In this document: positions 18,250 to 27,501 of the stretch, piece after piece
Layout of the letters: each line of letters opens with the position of its first letter
Position numbering within the stretch: position 1 is the stretch's first letter
Sequence record: OP617743.1
DNA from: Klebsiella phage KP13-26
Reading direction: 5' to 3' (one strand)
Length of the DNA stretch: 64,000 bases
Program-made: the position numbers and the translations under genes
Notes under the pieces: model-generated
Database searches by the model: none
What the model saw: the letters and a program-made list of their open reading frames with translations, nothing else
What the model was told of the DNA's origin: nothing

Positions 18250-19211
18250 TTAGTGTGGTTCGGTAGTAGTTGTCTATATTGCACCCATCCTTTGAAATTA
18301 GCACTCCAGAAGTTACCATGCTTGTCTACATGAGTATAACCTTCATATCTATTAAGGGTGGCAAATACATCTTCACCTGTTGAAGAATCAACTACTAGCA
18401 TGGGAGTGGCAATATGTTCGAAAGGAGAAGCATGTACCTTACGACCAGTTAGTAAACGTCCATAGATATCCAAAGCTTTATCTTTAGTAGAGTTTAGACG
18501 ACGATAACTCACCTGCGCACAACAGGATGATGAAATAGCTTTAGCTTCTTGCTCATCTAGGATAACTTTCTCGCCATTTTCATCTTCTACGTAATAGCCG
18601 CAGAATACCCAGACGTCATCCCCTTCTGTACCAATATTTTCGTAGAAGTGTTCTACGTAAGGTGTATGCCACTGCCCTGGATGAAGCAGTTCTGGAGTTG
18701 AAGATTCCACTTCTTTATGCATAGCTTTAGCCAGAGCTTCAATAGTAGGATCAGCTTCCTCGTCATCTCGTAGCCACCAAAAGTTTTCATATTCTGTTGC
18801 AGTGAGCACTGTTTTCATTCTCTGGAACGGCTCTAGGAGACGATTAGCAATCTGCTTATGATAACCAGCTTCTGCTAGTTCTTCTGCAAAACGTGCTGCA
18901 CTAAGAGCAGCCAATTTCCACCATTCACGACCAGTGTATCCTGCACCCACAATACCATCGTGTTCTACGCCCTTATCTTGCATACCTGGTTGATTAGCCC
19001 CAAACCGATAAGGCATTGCAGGTTCATTTCTAACCATTTCAATTAGTGTTTTTACTGGAATTGCGCGGCTAGAAGCAGCATTTCTACTGAATAAGCGATG
19101 TGTCATTAACTCGCTATGGATGATTCGAGGGTATTCCAACTCGAAGGTGATGATTTCATTTCCACGCCCATTATGTGAATGAGCAATTACTTTTGCGCTA
19201 ATATCTGGCAT
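18243..19211 (-). CDS. thyX: flavin-dependent thymidylate synthase (ThyX-like)
   Basis: [13 protein letters not shown] matches the ThyX RHRxxSxxxxSxR signature (first R is T). Confidence 0.65.
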   Translation of the reverse strand: MPDISAKVIAHSHNGRGNEIITFELEYPRIIHSELMTHRLFSRNAASSRAIPVKTLIEMVRNEPAMPYRFGANQPGMQDKGVEHDGIVGAGYTGREWWKLAALSAARFAEELAEAGYHKQIANRLLEPFQRMKTVLTATEYENFWWLRDDEEADPTIEALAKAMHKEVESSTPELLHPGQWHTPYVEHFYENIGTEGDDVWVFCGYYVEDENGEKVILDEQEAKAISSSCCAQVSYRRLNSTKDKALDIYGRLLTGRKVHASPFEHIATPMLVVDSSTGEDVFATLNRYEGYTHVDKHGNFWSANFKGWVQYRQLLPNHTKW

Positions 19212-19220
19212 TGTTTCTCC

Positions 19221-19832
19221 TTATTTATGATAAATGTCCACAACATTAAAGATATCCTTCCAAGGATCTTCAATTGAAGTTATCAATACATTTGGTAGTG
19301 CTTTTAATTCTTCTAAAAATGGGTCTTCGTAAATAGTATTAAAGTATACCTTTACAACATGATCAGGGAATAGAACAAGATTCTCTGCCCGATCATCAAT
19401 TGTTATGTCACAAGGTAGTAAGTATTTCTCCTTTGTTGCGAAGAAGCCATTACCTGTTCCTCTCCCAAAATCAAATTCAGGAAGGTTACGCTTTATATAA
19501 CGATATTTGGAACTAAAGTGTCCACCCTTTGTATGGCTTGCAATGAGAAGTGAATCCCCCGCTTTACCAAAGTAGTTAAGTGTTTCGACACTTCCTGGTA
19601 CTGTACCCATTGTGTCGTATAGATGCTGATTATCCCAGAAGGAATGTGGGTCTATCCCAAATCTCTTTTCGAAATCAGGAAAGTATGCGGATAGGTTGTA
19701 AAGTGCATCTTTGCCAGAAGTTGGCAATACCACGTTATCACCACTCACAGCATTCAACCAAGCAAGCCAGGGAACATCAGCCGGAGCTATTACTAAATCA
19801 CAATCACAAACGATTCTCATGTTTCTCCTCAA
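19221..19832 (-). CDS. HAD-family 5'-nucleotidase / dNMP phosphatase-like
   Basis: IVCDCDLV (DxD motif I) and IDDRAEN (motif IV). Confidence 0.45.
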   Translation of the reverse strand: MRRNMRIVCDCDLVIAPADVPWLAWLNAVSGDNVVLPTSGKDALYNLSAYFPDFEKRFGIDPHSFWDNQHLYDTMGTVPGSVETLNYFGKAGDSLLIASHTKGGHFSSKYRYIKRNLPEFDFGRGTGNGFFATKEKYLLPCDITIDDRAENLVLFPDHVVKVYFNTIYEDPFLEELKALPNVLITSIEDPWKDIFNVVDIYHK

Positions 19833-19862
19833 AGCCCCGTCTGTGGGGCTTATATTACTCTC

Positions 19863-20435
19863 TTAAGACTTAGATGCAAGCAAAATTTCAACTATCTGTT
19901 TTCTTCGCTTAATTATTGTACTGGCGGGAATAACCCCACGTTTTGTAAGCCAAGCTTTATCTTTTTTAGCTGAACACAAAGCAATTGCTTCTTTCTCTAT
20001 TCTAGCTTCTTCAAAAGAAATTCCATGTTTATCTGCATAAGCATGGATGGCATTACATTGTTTACACAGAATACGCAAGTCTTCCTCCTTAACATATAGA
20101 AGACGTAGGACAAATTCTGGCACATCTTCATAACATGTTAGGGCTTTTGCAGGATAAATATGGTCTACCTGAAAATCTGCCATTTTACCTGTATGTCCAC
20201 AGATATCGCAAGTGCAATTCCATATTTGCTTAGGCTTACCTGTTTTCTTATCTAACATGACATTTCCGTCTTTGTCAAGTCTATCTACTTTGAATCTTGC
20301 AGCATTAAGTTTTTTTATTTTGTTAGGGTGTACCATCCAAGCTCTACGTAAACACCCTCTTATATACGTATAAAATTCTGCTTGTGTTTTCCAGGGAGTT
20401 CCTTCTCCCCACATTATTTTTGGTTCTTTATTCAC
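19863..20435 (-). CDS. HNH endonuclease (zinc-binding)
   Basis: CTCDICGH ... DHIYP ... CKQCNAIHAY HNH/zinc-finger motifs. Confidence 0.65.
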   Translation of the reverse strand: MNKEPKIMWGEGTPWKTQAEFYTYIRGCLRRAWMVHPNKIKKLNAARFKVDRLDKDGNVMLDKKTGKPKQIWNCTCDICGHTGKMADFQVDHIYPAKALTCYEDVPEFVLRLLYVKEEDLRILCKQCNAIHAYADKHGISFEEARIEKEAIALCSAKKDKAWLTKRGVIPASTIIKRRKQIVEILLASKS

Positions 20436-20619
20436 TACTACTTACCTTCTCTGCTGAATAATCACCCGGTGGAATGTTATATTTGAAAAATAGCATTCTA
20501 TCTAAACCTGATTTACACATATGCTCAGGGATAACAATAGTATGAAGAAGTTTGCTTTTTCTTTTATTATATATGTGATAAACATCTCCTTCCCTATATT
20601 GTTTATTCTCTGCCATCAA
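20428..20619 (-). CDS. hypothetical protein
   Basis: 63-aa ORF. Confidence 0.35.
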   Translation of the reverse strand: MMAENKQYREGDVYHIYNKRKSKLLHTIVIPEHMCKSGLDRMLFFKYNIPPGDYSAEKVSSSE

Positions 20620-21001
20620 GTTTTCTCTTTAAAGATTCTACTTCCGCTACTGCTGCAAAGTAGTCCTGATGAATCATAGCTTTTAATGCAGCTTGAATAA
20701 AAGGATCTTCAGAATACATGTCAATAAGGATTTCTGCTTGTTCCTTCTTCTCTTGACTATTGAACAATGGGTAGTTGCTTTTGAGATAATTTGGTGCAGA
20801 AGCACAGATATCCCGTTCAATATTAATACAATGAATGGCCTTATTTAAATTGACTAATCTATCGCCTTTATCTCTGATGATGTATTTAGCTAGCTTAGTA
20901 AAACAAGGTGTTCCCCCAATAAGATATGCTAATTCTAGGGGTTGCATTTTAAGACGTTTGTAATGATCGCCATCTATTTGAATGTTTAATGCATCAGACA
21001 T
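20603..21001 (-). CDS. hypothetical protein
   Basis: ATG at 21001 with a TAGGAGA SD, downstream of a terminator hairpin. Confidence 0.5.
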   Translation of the reverse strand: MSDALNIQIDGDHYKRLKMQPLELAYLIGGTPCFTKLAKYIIRDKGDRLVNLNKAIHCINIERDICASAPNYLKSNYPLFNSQEKKEQAEILIDMYSEDPFIQAALKAMIHQDYFAAVAEVESLKRKLDGRE

Positions 21002-21017
21002 ATAATCTCCTAAATAA

Positions 21018-21040
21018 GAAAGGGGCCGAAGCCCCTGTGT
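21018..21040 (-). terminator. terminator-like hairpin
   Basis: GGGGC-TTCG-GCCCC followed by TTTCTTATTT, directly after the stop at 21042. Confidence 0.55.
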
Positions 21041-21041
21041 G

Positions 21042-22010
21042 TTAGATACCAATAGTTGTATTGGCACGTTTTTCTTTATTACGTAGGTTAATACGCCCAC
21101 GAGACAAGCTGTTGCAAGAGGAGCAGCGCAACACTTGGAATGTACTTACCGTGGTATGATAAAACTTACCAGGTACAATTTCTAAATGATCCTTCCCACA
21201 ACGAGGACAACGAACATTCTCGTCTTCGTAATAAGCTGACAGATTAGGATGTTGAGGAATCCACGCCAAGATTTTAATGTACAAATCACGTAATGAAACT
21301 ACATCCCCGTCATTATATGTTTGCATACGTTCGAAAGCACTTTTATCACCTTCGCAACAAGCTTTCCACAATGGGAATCCTTCATTATCTAGCTTTTCGC
21401 TTTCTGTTTCAAAGTATGCACCCATTTCTTTTAACGAGTTGGACGGTAGCGCAAACTGTTTCTTGGCTGCTTTCAATGTGTCTACAACAACATACGTAGA
21501 TGGTGGTTTCATACCATGATAAGCAAATCTTTGATTAATGTAGGCTCTATCAAACTTATACCCATTGTGTGCGACAACCACATCAGCATCATCTAGAATC
21601 TGCCATAGGTCTTGACACAATTCCCAATCATCTGTATGATCGATATCGAACAACGGGTATGAAGTTAAGTTCTTACCTTCTACTTCTCCTGTATAAAGAT
21701 CAGAAATAGAATAAGACAACAGATAACCACGTTTAATAACTTGATCTGGTGAAATAAAAGCTTTGAAACGGCGGAAACTATAAACAATTTCCGGGGCTGT
21801 CTCTACGTCAATGATTTTGATTACAGGCTGTTTAATTCCATCTGCAATATCCCTGACTTCACTAAGACTCTCGCCACGTGCAAGAAAATCATTTACTGTG
21901 CTCTTTCTACTGGCACTTCCTAGAACTTTAGCTGCAATGTGTCTTGAAGAATAACCCGCAGCTTTCATCGATGCAATTTCGATTTTCTGTTCATTTGTTA
22001 ACTTACTCAA
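21042..22010 (-). CDS. DnaQ-like 3'-5' exonuclease with an N-terminal HTH and a C-terminal zinc ribbon
   Basis: VVAHNGYKFD (DEDDh exo III-like motif); CPRCGK ... CSSCNS. Confidence 0.5.
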   Translation of the reverse strand: MSKLTNEQKIEIASMKAAGYSSRHIAAKVLGSASRKSTVNDFLARGESLSEVRDIADGIKQPVIKIIDVETAPEIVYSFRRFKAFISPDQVIKRGYLLSYSISDLYTGEVEGKNLTSYPLFDIDHTDDWELCQDLWQILDDADVVVAHNGYKFDRAYINQRFAYHGMKPPSTYVVVDTLKAAKKQFALPSNSLKEMGAYFETESEKLDNEGFPLWKACCEGDKSAFERMQTYNDGDVVSLRDLYIKILAWIPQHPNLSAYYEDENVRCPRCGKDHLEIVPGKFYHTTVSTFQVLRCSSCNSLSRGRINLRNKEKRANTTIGI

Positions 22011-23122
22011 ACTTCCTCCTCTTCTGAGATATAGCTCTGAAGCATACTCTCAAATGTTGTTTCATCTTTATCCCAACGTTTCATATAAACCAACTGGAAT
22101 ATTGTTTCTAGCCATTCATCAGTAGTCAGATATACATCTACCCCATCGAAAGATGTAAAAGTAACTCCTGTAGGGAACCATTCATAGTACTGGTCTTTTA
22201 CGGTTTGGAATAATTCCGCTTGGGTTTTACACTGAGATATTAATTTATAACATGTCATATCGCCAAATTTAATATCAAAATCTTGGTATGGGCGGATACT
22301 ATCTGTTTTATCTCCCATAAGCATCTGGTATGCTAACCAATAACTACCCCAGCCCTTAACCTCTTTCTTTTTACTTTTTTCTACTACCCAAATATCTCCG
22401 ATAGAGTCATCTATCAGAATTATCTGAGGTGTTTTAAACACACCATCTTCTTTATAGAAGTTGAATAGTAAACTAGGAGTGGATAAGCTGTCCTTATCTA
22501 TTGAGCACACTACGTATGAAAATTTCCCTGTTTTAAGGTAATCTTGGTATCCCGTATACCCATATTTTTCAAGTTCATCGTCTGCTTCAATATCTGTGAC
22601 TACATCCCCGTTATGTTGTTCCACAAGGTAGTTTTTAGTCTCAGATAATTGTAAGGGTTTTATTTCAGATCTTTCAGATTTGTATTCTGTTGGCATTTGG
22701 AATAAATGCCGGAATGTTTTACCTACACCAATAACGCCACGGTATTTTGTTACTTTGAGATGGTCTAAAATACCACCGATTTTTGTTTTTGCTGCTTGAA
22801 AAGTGAATGCAATGTTATCAGGAGCAACTTGAACATCTTCAATGTCAAAATCTTCTTTTGAGAAAGTTTTTTTGCCTGCCTTCTCTCTTGAGCTATTTAA
22901 AGCTCCTAACCAACCCCCAATGGTTGTTTTACTACTTCCCCAAAAATCGGTACGTTTATCAAACTCTTTTGTGTTCCCGGAAGATTTGTGTATAACTTTG
23001 ATTGAACGTTTCTCTAAAGCAGATGCGGCTTGGAAAGCAATCTGATCATAGTCAATTACAAGTGTTGTATTTTCATCAATATACTTATGTAAATCTTCCG
23101 GCTCTATTAATATGTAGCCGAT
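22007..23122 (-). CDS. rnh: 5'-3' exonuclease / flap endonuclease (T4 RNase H-like)
   Basis: The frame is open upstream of the ORF-track Met up to the TAG at 23132-34. TLVIDYDQIAFQAASAL matches T4 RNase H ICLIDFSQIALSTAL, and LMGDKTDSIRPY matches LKGDKKDNVASV. No ATG/GTG/TTG exists in the essential N-terminal part; an AGGAGGG SD precedes ATC/ATA codons, so the start is non-canonical and uncertain. Confidence 0.65.
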   Translation of the reverse strand: MGYILIEPEDLHKYIDENTTLVIDYDQIAFQAASALEKRSIKVIHKSSGNTKEFDKRTDFWGSSKTTIGGWLGALNSSREKAGKKTFSKEDFDIEDVQVAPDNIAFTFQAAKTKIGGILDHLKVTKYRGVIGVGKTFRHLFQMPTEYKSERSEIKPLQLSETKNYLVEQHNGDVVTDIEADDELEKYGYTGYQDYLKTGKFSYVVCSIDKDSLSTPSLLFNFYKEDGVFKTPQIILIDDSIGDIWVVEKSKKKEVKGWGSYWLAYQMLMGDKTDSIRPYQDFDIKFGDMTCYKLISQCKTQAELFQTVKDQYYEWFPTGVTFTSFDGVDVYLTTDEWLETIFQLVYMKRWDKDETTFESMLQSYISEEEEV

Positions 23123-23131
23123 ATTACCCTC

Positions 23132-23341
23132 CTATTCATCATCCTCGTCGGTTGAAAATGTCTTTGTATATGGACATTGACGATTTACAGATACTTCGTA
23201 GGTGAAGTCATAATTTGAGTTAGAATAGAAACAAACTTTTGTATCACCACTCACAGTTTCTCCTGAATTTGGAATGGTTATTTGCCCTGCTTTTGCAGAA
23301 GCACTTGTGATTAATAATAAAACAAGTAGAATGTTCTTCAT
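23132..23341 (-). CDS. small secreted protein (signal peptide, 2 Cys)
   Basis: MKNILLVLLLITSASA-KA is a typical SPase I signal; GAGGA SD. Confidence 0.5.
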   Translation of the reverse strand: MKNILLVLLLITSASAKAGQITIPNSGETVSGDTKVCFYSNSNYDFTYEVSVNRQCPYTKTFSTDEDDE

Positions 23342-23415
23342 AATATTATCCTCATAATGCCCACCTAACTAAGTAGGAGGGCATGTTAACACAAACGAAG
23401 TCCGTAAGTCAAGCG

Positions 23416-24300
23416 TTATTTTTTAAAAGTGGCCCCAGCCAGATCTTCGAGCATACCACGTACCTCTTTGAAGCACAGCAGGACTGCTGCTTCGATACTA
23501 CCTTCCTCGTCGTTGAAGTATTTCGGGAACTTGATTCCGCTCAGACGGAAATCTTTATCCACAATGAAGTTGACAACACCATCATACTCCAGACCAATAG
23601 CCTGAACAGATTTGCCATCTTCTTTCAGTTCTAGAGCTTTAGAGTCATACAGAGATTCTTTGCTCCAGACAACGATACCTTCATCATCTTCTAGTTTGAT
23701 GTAGTTGCCTAGGGTTAGACGCTGAAATTCATGAGTCTCTAAAATCTCACCAAAACCTTTTACAATAAGGTCTTCATGGACACCAAAACCCATAACTGCA
23801 AAACTACCCAGAACATCACGCAGGAATGCAGTAATTTCCTCGCTGACTTTCTTACTACCATTAATAACGTACAGAATGTCCATCTCAGTATCAAGCACTA
23901 CGTAGTTGTAGAAATCATCTGCTTCTGTCTCCGGGAGGAGAGAGAAAATAACATCAGCTTCAATAGCTTTCTTACTTTCTTTGTCGAGGAAGAACTCAAT
24001 ACCGGGATTATCGATAGCATGGGCTTCTTCCATCTGTTTAATCTTAGCAGCAACCAGGCGTTTAACTTTTTTCTTGTTCACTTTCTTGACAGACTGACCA
24101 ACGTTGATCAGTTGCAAACCGTTAAACTCTTTCACATAAGATTGGTCATCCTCAAACTTAACAAGGCCAATTGTATGAGCTTGCTGACCTTCTGCAATCA
24201 CAAAGTCCAGAGGACGATCAGTGATGTTATTTAGTTCGGCAATAGACAGACCTTCGGCAGCAGCCAGCGGAAGGGCAGATTTGAATTTTTTAGCAAACAT
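23416..24300 (-). CDS. rdgC: recombination-associated protein RdgC-like
   Basis: About 294 aa, with segments (VIFSLLPET, EITAFLRDVLGS) resembling E. coli RdgC. Confidence 0.5.
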   Translation of the reverse strand: MFAKKFKSALPLAAAEGLSIAELNNITDRPLDFVIAEGQQAHTIGLVKFEDDQSYVKEFNGLQLINVGQSVKKVNKKKVKRLVAAKIKQMEEAHAIDNPGIEFFLDKESKKAIEADVIFSLLPETEADDFYNYVVLDTEMDILYVINGSKKVSEEITAFLRDVLGSFAVMGFGVHEDLIVKGFGEILETHEFQRLTLGNYIKLEDDEGIVVWSKESLYDSKALELKEDGKSVQAIGLEYDGVVNFIVDKDFRLSGIKFPKYFNDEEGSIEAAVLLCFKEVRGMLEDLAGATFKK

Positions 24301-24309
24301 AGTTTCTCC

Positions 24310-24594
24310 TTATTTCACTTCAACAACGAAATACTGTACCTTCTCATAGGTCACGATATAGTCAGGCATCTTATACTCACCCTTGTAGGTCTTACCAAAT
24401 AGGCGCACAGCTTCATTTACTTTATTAGCAGGGTCAGCTAACCACTGTGCTTCAGTATGGAAACGGAACTTCATGTGTTTGTTGCCACTATGCAACCCAA
24501 CAACTTCTGTTGTAATGTCTTCGATACCTGCACGTTTGAGGTTTTGAATAACCTGTACTAATCCGTTCTCGAAAATTTGATTTTGTTCAAACAC
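24310..24594 (-). CDS. hypothetical protein
   Basis: GTG start with a GGAGG SD; the longer ORF-track N-terminus would encode across a G/C hairpin. Confidence 0.5.
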   Translation of the reverse strand: MFEQNQIFENGLVQVIQNLKRAGIEDITTEVVGLHSGNKHMKFRFHTEAQWLADPANKVNEAVRLFGKTYKGEYKMPDYIVTYEKVQYFVVEVK

Positions 24595-24634
24595 GGTTTC
24601 CTCCAAACATTGCCCCCGAAGGGGGGGCATAAAG

Positions 24635-25357
24635 TTAGCCTACAATACTTTTAATATCAGGTTTAGAAAAGGTAGAAGGTTTCATGATCTTACCTTTATC
24701 ATCAAAAAACACATAGACTTTTTGTTTCTCATTGTAGGTGGCATGTACACCAATGTACGCACCTTCTGAACGATCCTTATTACGCTCCTCGATTGCAGCA
24801 CATTCTTGTGCAATAGCAAACTCAATATCCTTAGTCTCCCACACTGCCAGAAGCTGTTTGCGAGTTGGGTATTTCGAGTCATTACTACGTAATACCTCTT
24901 TAAGAACTTTTTTGTAGTTGTACTTAGAACGGACTAGAGTGTCTCTTGCCATGCGTAGCATAGCTATAGTAAGAGGGATAATTTGTGCATCGGTTGACAT
25001 TTCTTTCTCATATAAAAGAAATTCATCATACACTGCTTCAGGGAAAACATCACCAACACCTGTGCTTAAAATCTTTTCGAGATTTTCTTCACTAGTAAAC
25101 ATAAAAGTTAGGTAACTAGCTACTACAAAAACATCTGCGGCAGCATCTAAAAGTTCAACATGATCGTTAATCTTCGCAGCATCTTGAAATTCTTTCAACT
25201 CTTCTCTGACATATCCTAACTGTGCAATAAACATTTCATTGGTAAACTCAGGAGTTTCTCCTCCTCGTGCTTTAGCATTCCATGCAATAACATGTTTAGC
25301 AGCGTCAATGAAAAATTGATTATCGGCTTTAATAGGTTTATAAAAATCTGTAATCAC
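24635..25357 (-). CDS. MazG-like nucleoside triphosphate pyrophosphohydrolase domain protein
   Basis: REELKEFQDAAK ... ELLDAAADVFVV resembles the MazG EExxE/DxxD helix; GTG start with an AAGGAG SD. Confidence 0.4.
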   Translation of the reverse strand: MITDFYKPIKADNQFFIDAAKHVIAWNAKARGGETPEFTNEMFIAQLGYVREELKEFQDAAKINDHVELLDAAADVFVVASYLTFMFTSEENLEKILSTGVGDVFPEAVYDEFLLYEKEMSTDAQIIPLTIAMLRMARDTLVRSKYNYKKVLKEVLRSNDSKYPTRKQLLAVWETKDIEFAIAQECAAIEERNKDRSEGAYIGVHATYNEKQKVYVFFDDKGKIMKPSTFSKPDIKSIVG

Positions 25358-25366
25358 TCGTTCTCC

Positions 25367-25546
25367 TTAAATTAAATCAGAAATATAGCGTGCTAGGTAA
25401 TATGTAACTAAACCAAAACCAATCCCAGACATAGCCGAATCTATAACGCCAGCAACTTGTACAGGAATAGTTTTTCTTTCTTGTTCAGCAAGGGTCATAA
25501 TACCGATTGCGATAATAAACAACACTAATAAAATAATGTAAAACAT
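25367..25546 (-). CDS. small membrane protein (59 aa, 2 TM), missed by the ORF track
   Basis: ATG with an AAGGAGG SD; MFYIILLVLFIIAIGIMTL ... GIGFGLVTYYLA. Confidence 0.4.
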   Translation of the reverse strand: MFYIILLVLFIIAIGIMTLAEQERKTIPVQVAGVIDSAMSGIGFGLVTYYLARYISDLI

Positions 25547-25555
25547 TTTACCTCC

Positions 25556-26674
25556 TTATTCGGCAGGTTCCCATGTCCCGTCGATCATCTCTCTTAGACG
25601 AACACCAACTGGTTTCGTAGGAATCCCGGCGTCAGATAATTCTTCATATTCAATTTCTACAAATTGATCGATAAGTTGGGAAGCGTTATCGGCTTTGCGG
25701 TAGTTAATGGTCGGATGTGAATCTTTCCTCATCAGGAATTCCACAATCTTATCATCTTTTGTAACCCCTGTCAACACCCCATCACCATTTTTATCAACAG
25801 TCATACCCGTTACTTTTACTTCCATGTTGCCACGAGGTTTACGTTTGATAACGTCATAGGAACGTTTACCGAACTCATACATACCGTCTTCGTTGCGATA
25901 CACGATACCTTCGGCTTTATCTTCCAAAGCTTTTTCATAAAAAGCGTCTAACTGCTCTTGGTTTTCAATGTACTCAGAATGCACAACATGAATAAGGTCT
26001 TCTAAGCCAGCTTGTACAACCATCTCTGCTAAGTCTTTCAAGAACTCTACACGCTTCTTGAATGGTAGATCTGGTACAGGAATATCATATACGTAGTAGC
26101 CTAACTGCTCAGTGATACCAGCCTTATACTTCTTCCATGCTCCATTGATGACTTGCAGACTCAGAACACCCAAGCCAGCAAACACTTCACCATCTAAAGG
26201 ATACCCAAAATCTTCCTGAATGAACTCAGGAATTTTAGTCCAGTGTTCAGGAAGTGTATACACTTCACCAGCTTTTGATAGGCATTCACCATCATCGTTA
26301 AGCATAGAACGTAAACCATTCAACTTGTATTGCGCATACCCTGGGAAACGCACTTTATGAGAGAAGTCCTTATAATCCTGACACTTCATCGGTGTAAAGG
26401 GTTCGTGATCTTGTGCTTCCTCAATGGTGTGGTAATATCCTCGTTTAAGCTGCTTCGTCCATTTTGCCAAAGCTTCTAATTCCGCTTGCTCTTCTGGTGT
26501 AGTTTCATTAGATCGACCAACATTTTTAGCTTCGGCTTCATAGGACTTCGTAGTAATCTTTCCACCAAGACGACCATGACCAACTGTAACAGTTGCACCA
26601 TCCGTATAGACAGACCATTCTTTAATATTACCTTTGGTGTCTTTACCATACAATGTAGGATTTAATTGCAGCAT
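25556..26674 (-). CDS. ATP-dependent DNA ligase (T7-like)
   Basis: Motif I KLNGLR (KxNG variant), motif III LDGEVF, motif IV EGIVYR, motif V KRKP; C-terminal OB region. Confidence 0.7.
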   Translation of the reverse strand: MLQLNPTLYGKDTKGNIKEWSVYTDGATVTVGHGRLGGKITTKSYEAEAKNVGRSNETTPEEQAELEALAKWTKQLKRGYYHTIEEAQDHEPFTPMKCQDYKDFSHKVRFPGYAQYKLNGLRSMLNDDGECLSKAGEVYTLPEHWTKIPEFIQEDFGYPLDGEVFAGLGVLSLQVINGAWKKYKAGITEQLGYYVYDIPVPDLPFKKRVEFLKDLAEMVVQAGLEDLIHVVHSEYIENQEQLDAFYEKALEDKAEGIVYRNEDGMYEFGKRSYDVIKRKPRGNMEVKVTGMTVDKNGDGVLTGVTKDDKIVEFLMRKDSHPTINYRKADNASQLIDQFVEIEYEELSDAGIPTKPVGVRLREMIDGTWEPAE

Positions 26675-26683
26675 TATTTCTCC

Positions 26684-26908
26684 TTACCAATCAAAAACTG
26701 TTTCTTGGACACTAAACATCATCTGTGTTAAATCAACCTCTAAATATTCTGATGAGGTAACGAGGAATGAGTTTACAATAGTGAATCCTTCATTATCCAA
26801 GACTTCGCAAATCTCTTGATACATATCTTCAATCTCTACACCTTCCCCAAAAGAGAAAAGGCATTGCTCATGCTCACTCACGCCTCTTACATAAATAGCT
26901 GTACTCAT
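26684..26908 (-). CDS. hypothetical protein
   Basis: 74-aa ORF. Confidence 0.4.
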   Translation of the reverse strand: MSTAIYVRGVSEHEQCLFSFGEGVEIEDMYQEICEVLDNEGFTIVNSFLVTSSEYLEVDLTQMMFSVQETVFDW

Positions 26909-27090
26909 TCATCCTCCCACGCTGCATACGCGCAGCAATCATCTGTTTCGATTTCACCTTCATTTCCGCAAACAAGGCATTTCACTTTGTCGCCATAATA
27001 GAGGTATAACTCATCACCTTTTTCGGTCTCTACTTCAATCTTACTGCTCCCACAAGGGCAATAGAGCCACGGTACAATAAGTTTTCTCAA
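26905..27090 (-). CDS. zinc-ribbon protein
   Basis: CPCG ... CLVCGN pairs of cysteines. Confidence 0.4.
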   Translation of the reverse strand: MRKLIVPWLYCPCGSSKIEVETEKGDELYLYYGDKVKCLVCGNEGEIETDDCCAYAAWEDE

Positions 27091-27329
27091 ATATCACCTC
27101 CACACATTCCACAGCGTTCACGCCCACTCATATCATAGTAGGTAGCACCATCATGGGGACAACCCTTATGAAGTTGCTCATAAGCGTGATTGAATGCACG
27201 TAATTCATGTTCCCAAAACCCACGGTTATCTTCATCAGGTTCACCAGTTACAGGCTCCAGTTCGATAAGACGTTCAAGAGCCTTTCTCCACGAGTTCTCA
27301 TGGGTATAAAAATCATCTGGAATATTCAT
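27087..27329 (-). CDS. hypothetical Cys-rich protein
   Basis: ATG at 27329 (AAGGGG SD) inside the ORF-track GTG ORF; GCPHDG ... CGMCGG. Confidence 0.45.
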   Translation of the reverse strand: MNIPDDFYTHENSWRKALERLIELEPVTGEPDEDNRGFWEHELRAFNHAYEQLHKGCPHDGATYYDMSGRERCGMCGGDI

Positions 27330-27331
27330 TT

Positions 27332-27490
27332 TCACCCCTTTGGTACGCAGATGCCACGGTCAAAGATTTTGTTGCGAACGCCCTCATTCAAGGCCATCAT
27401 ACATGCACCCTGAGAATTAAACTCCTGATTCCAACCACTGCTACCTTCCCCGTAAGTCCAGATAGCAAACAGTATATACATTGTTACCAT
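27332..27490 (-). CDS. small protein (about 52 aa), missed by the ORF track
   Basis: ATG with an AGGAGGAG SD; its stop overlaps the next start. Confidence 0.3.
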   Translation of the reverse strand: MVTMYILFAIWTYGEGSSGWNQEFNSQGACMMALNEGVRNKIFDRGICVPKG

Positions 27491-27501
27491 TATTACTCCT
27501 C

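Noticed and set aside
23132-23341. Possibility that the signal-peptide ORF and the RNase H-like gene are one gene joined by TAG read-through (given the nearby CUA tRNA)
   Set aside because: The RNase H homology already spans a full-length N-terminus after the TAG. A Sec signal peptide fused to a cytoplasmic nuclease is implausible, so they are treated as separate genes with a non-canonical start for the second.
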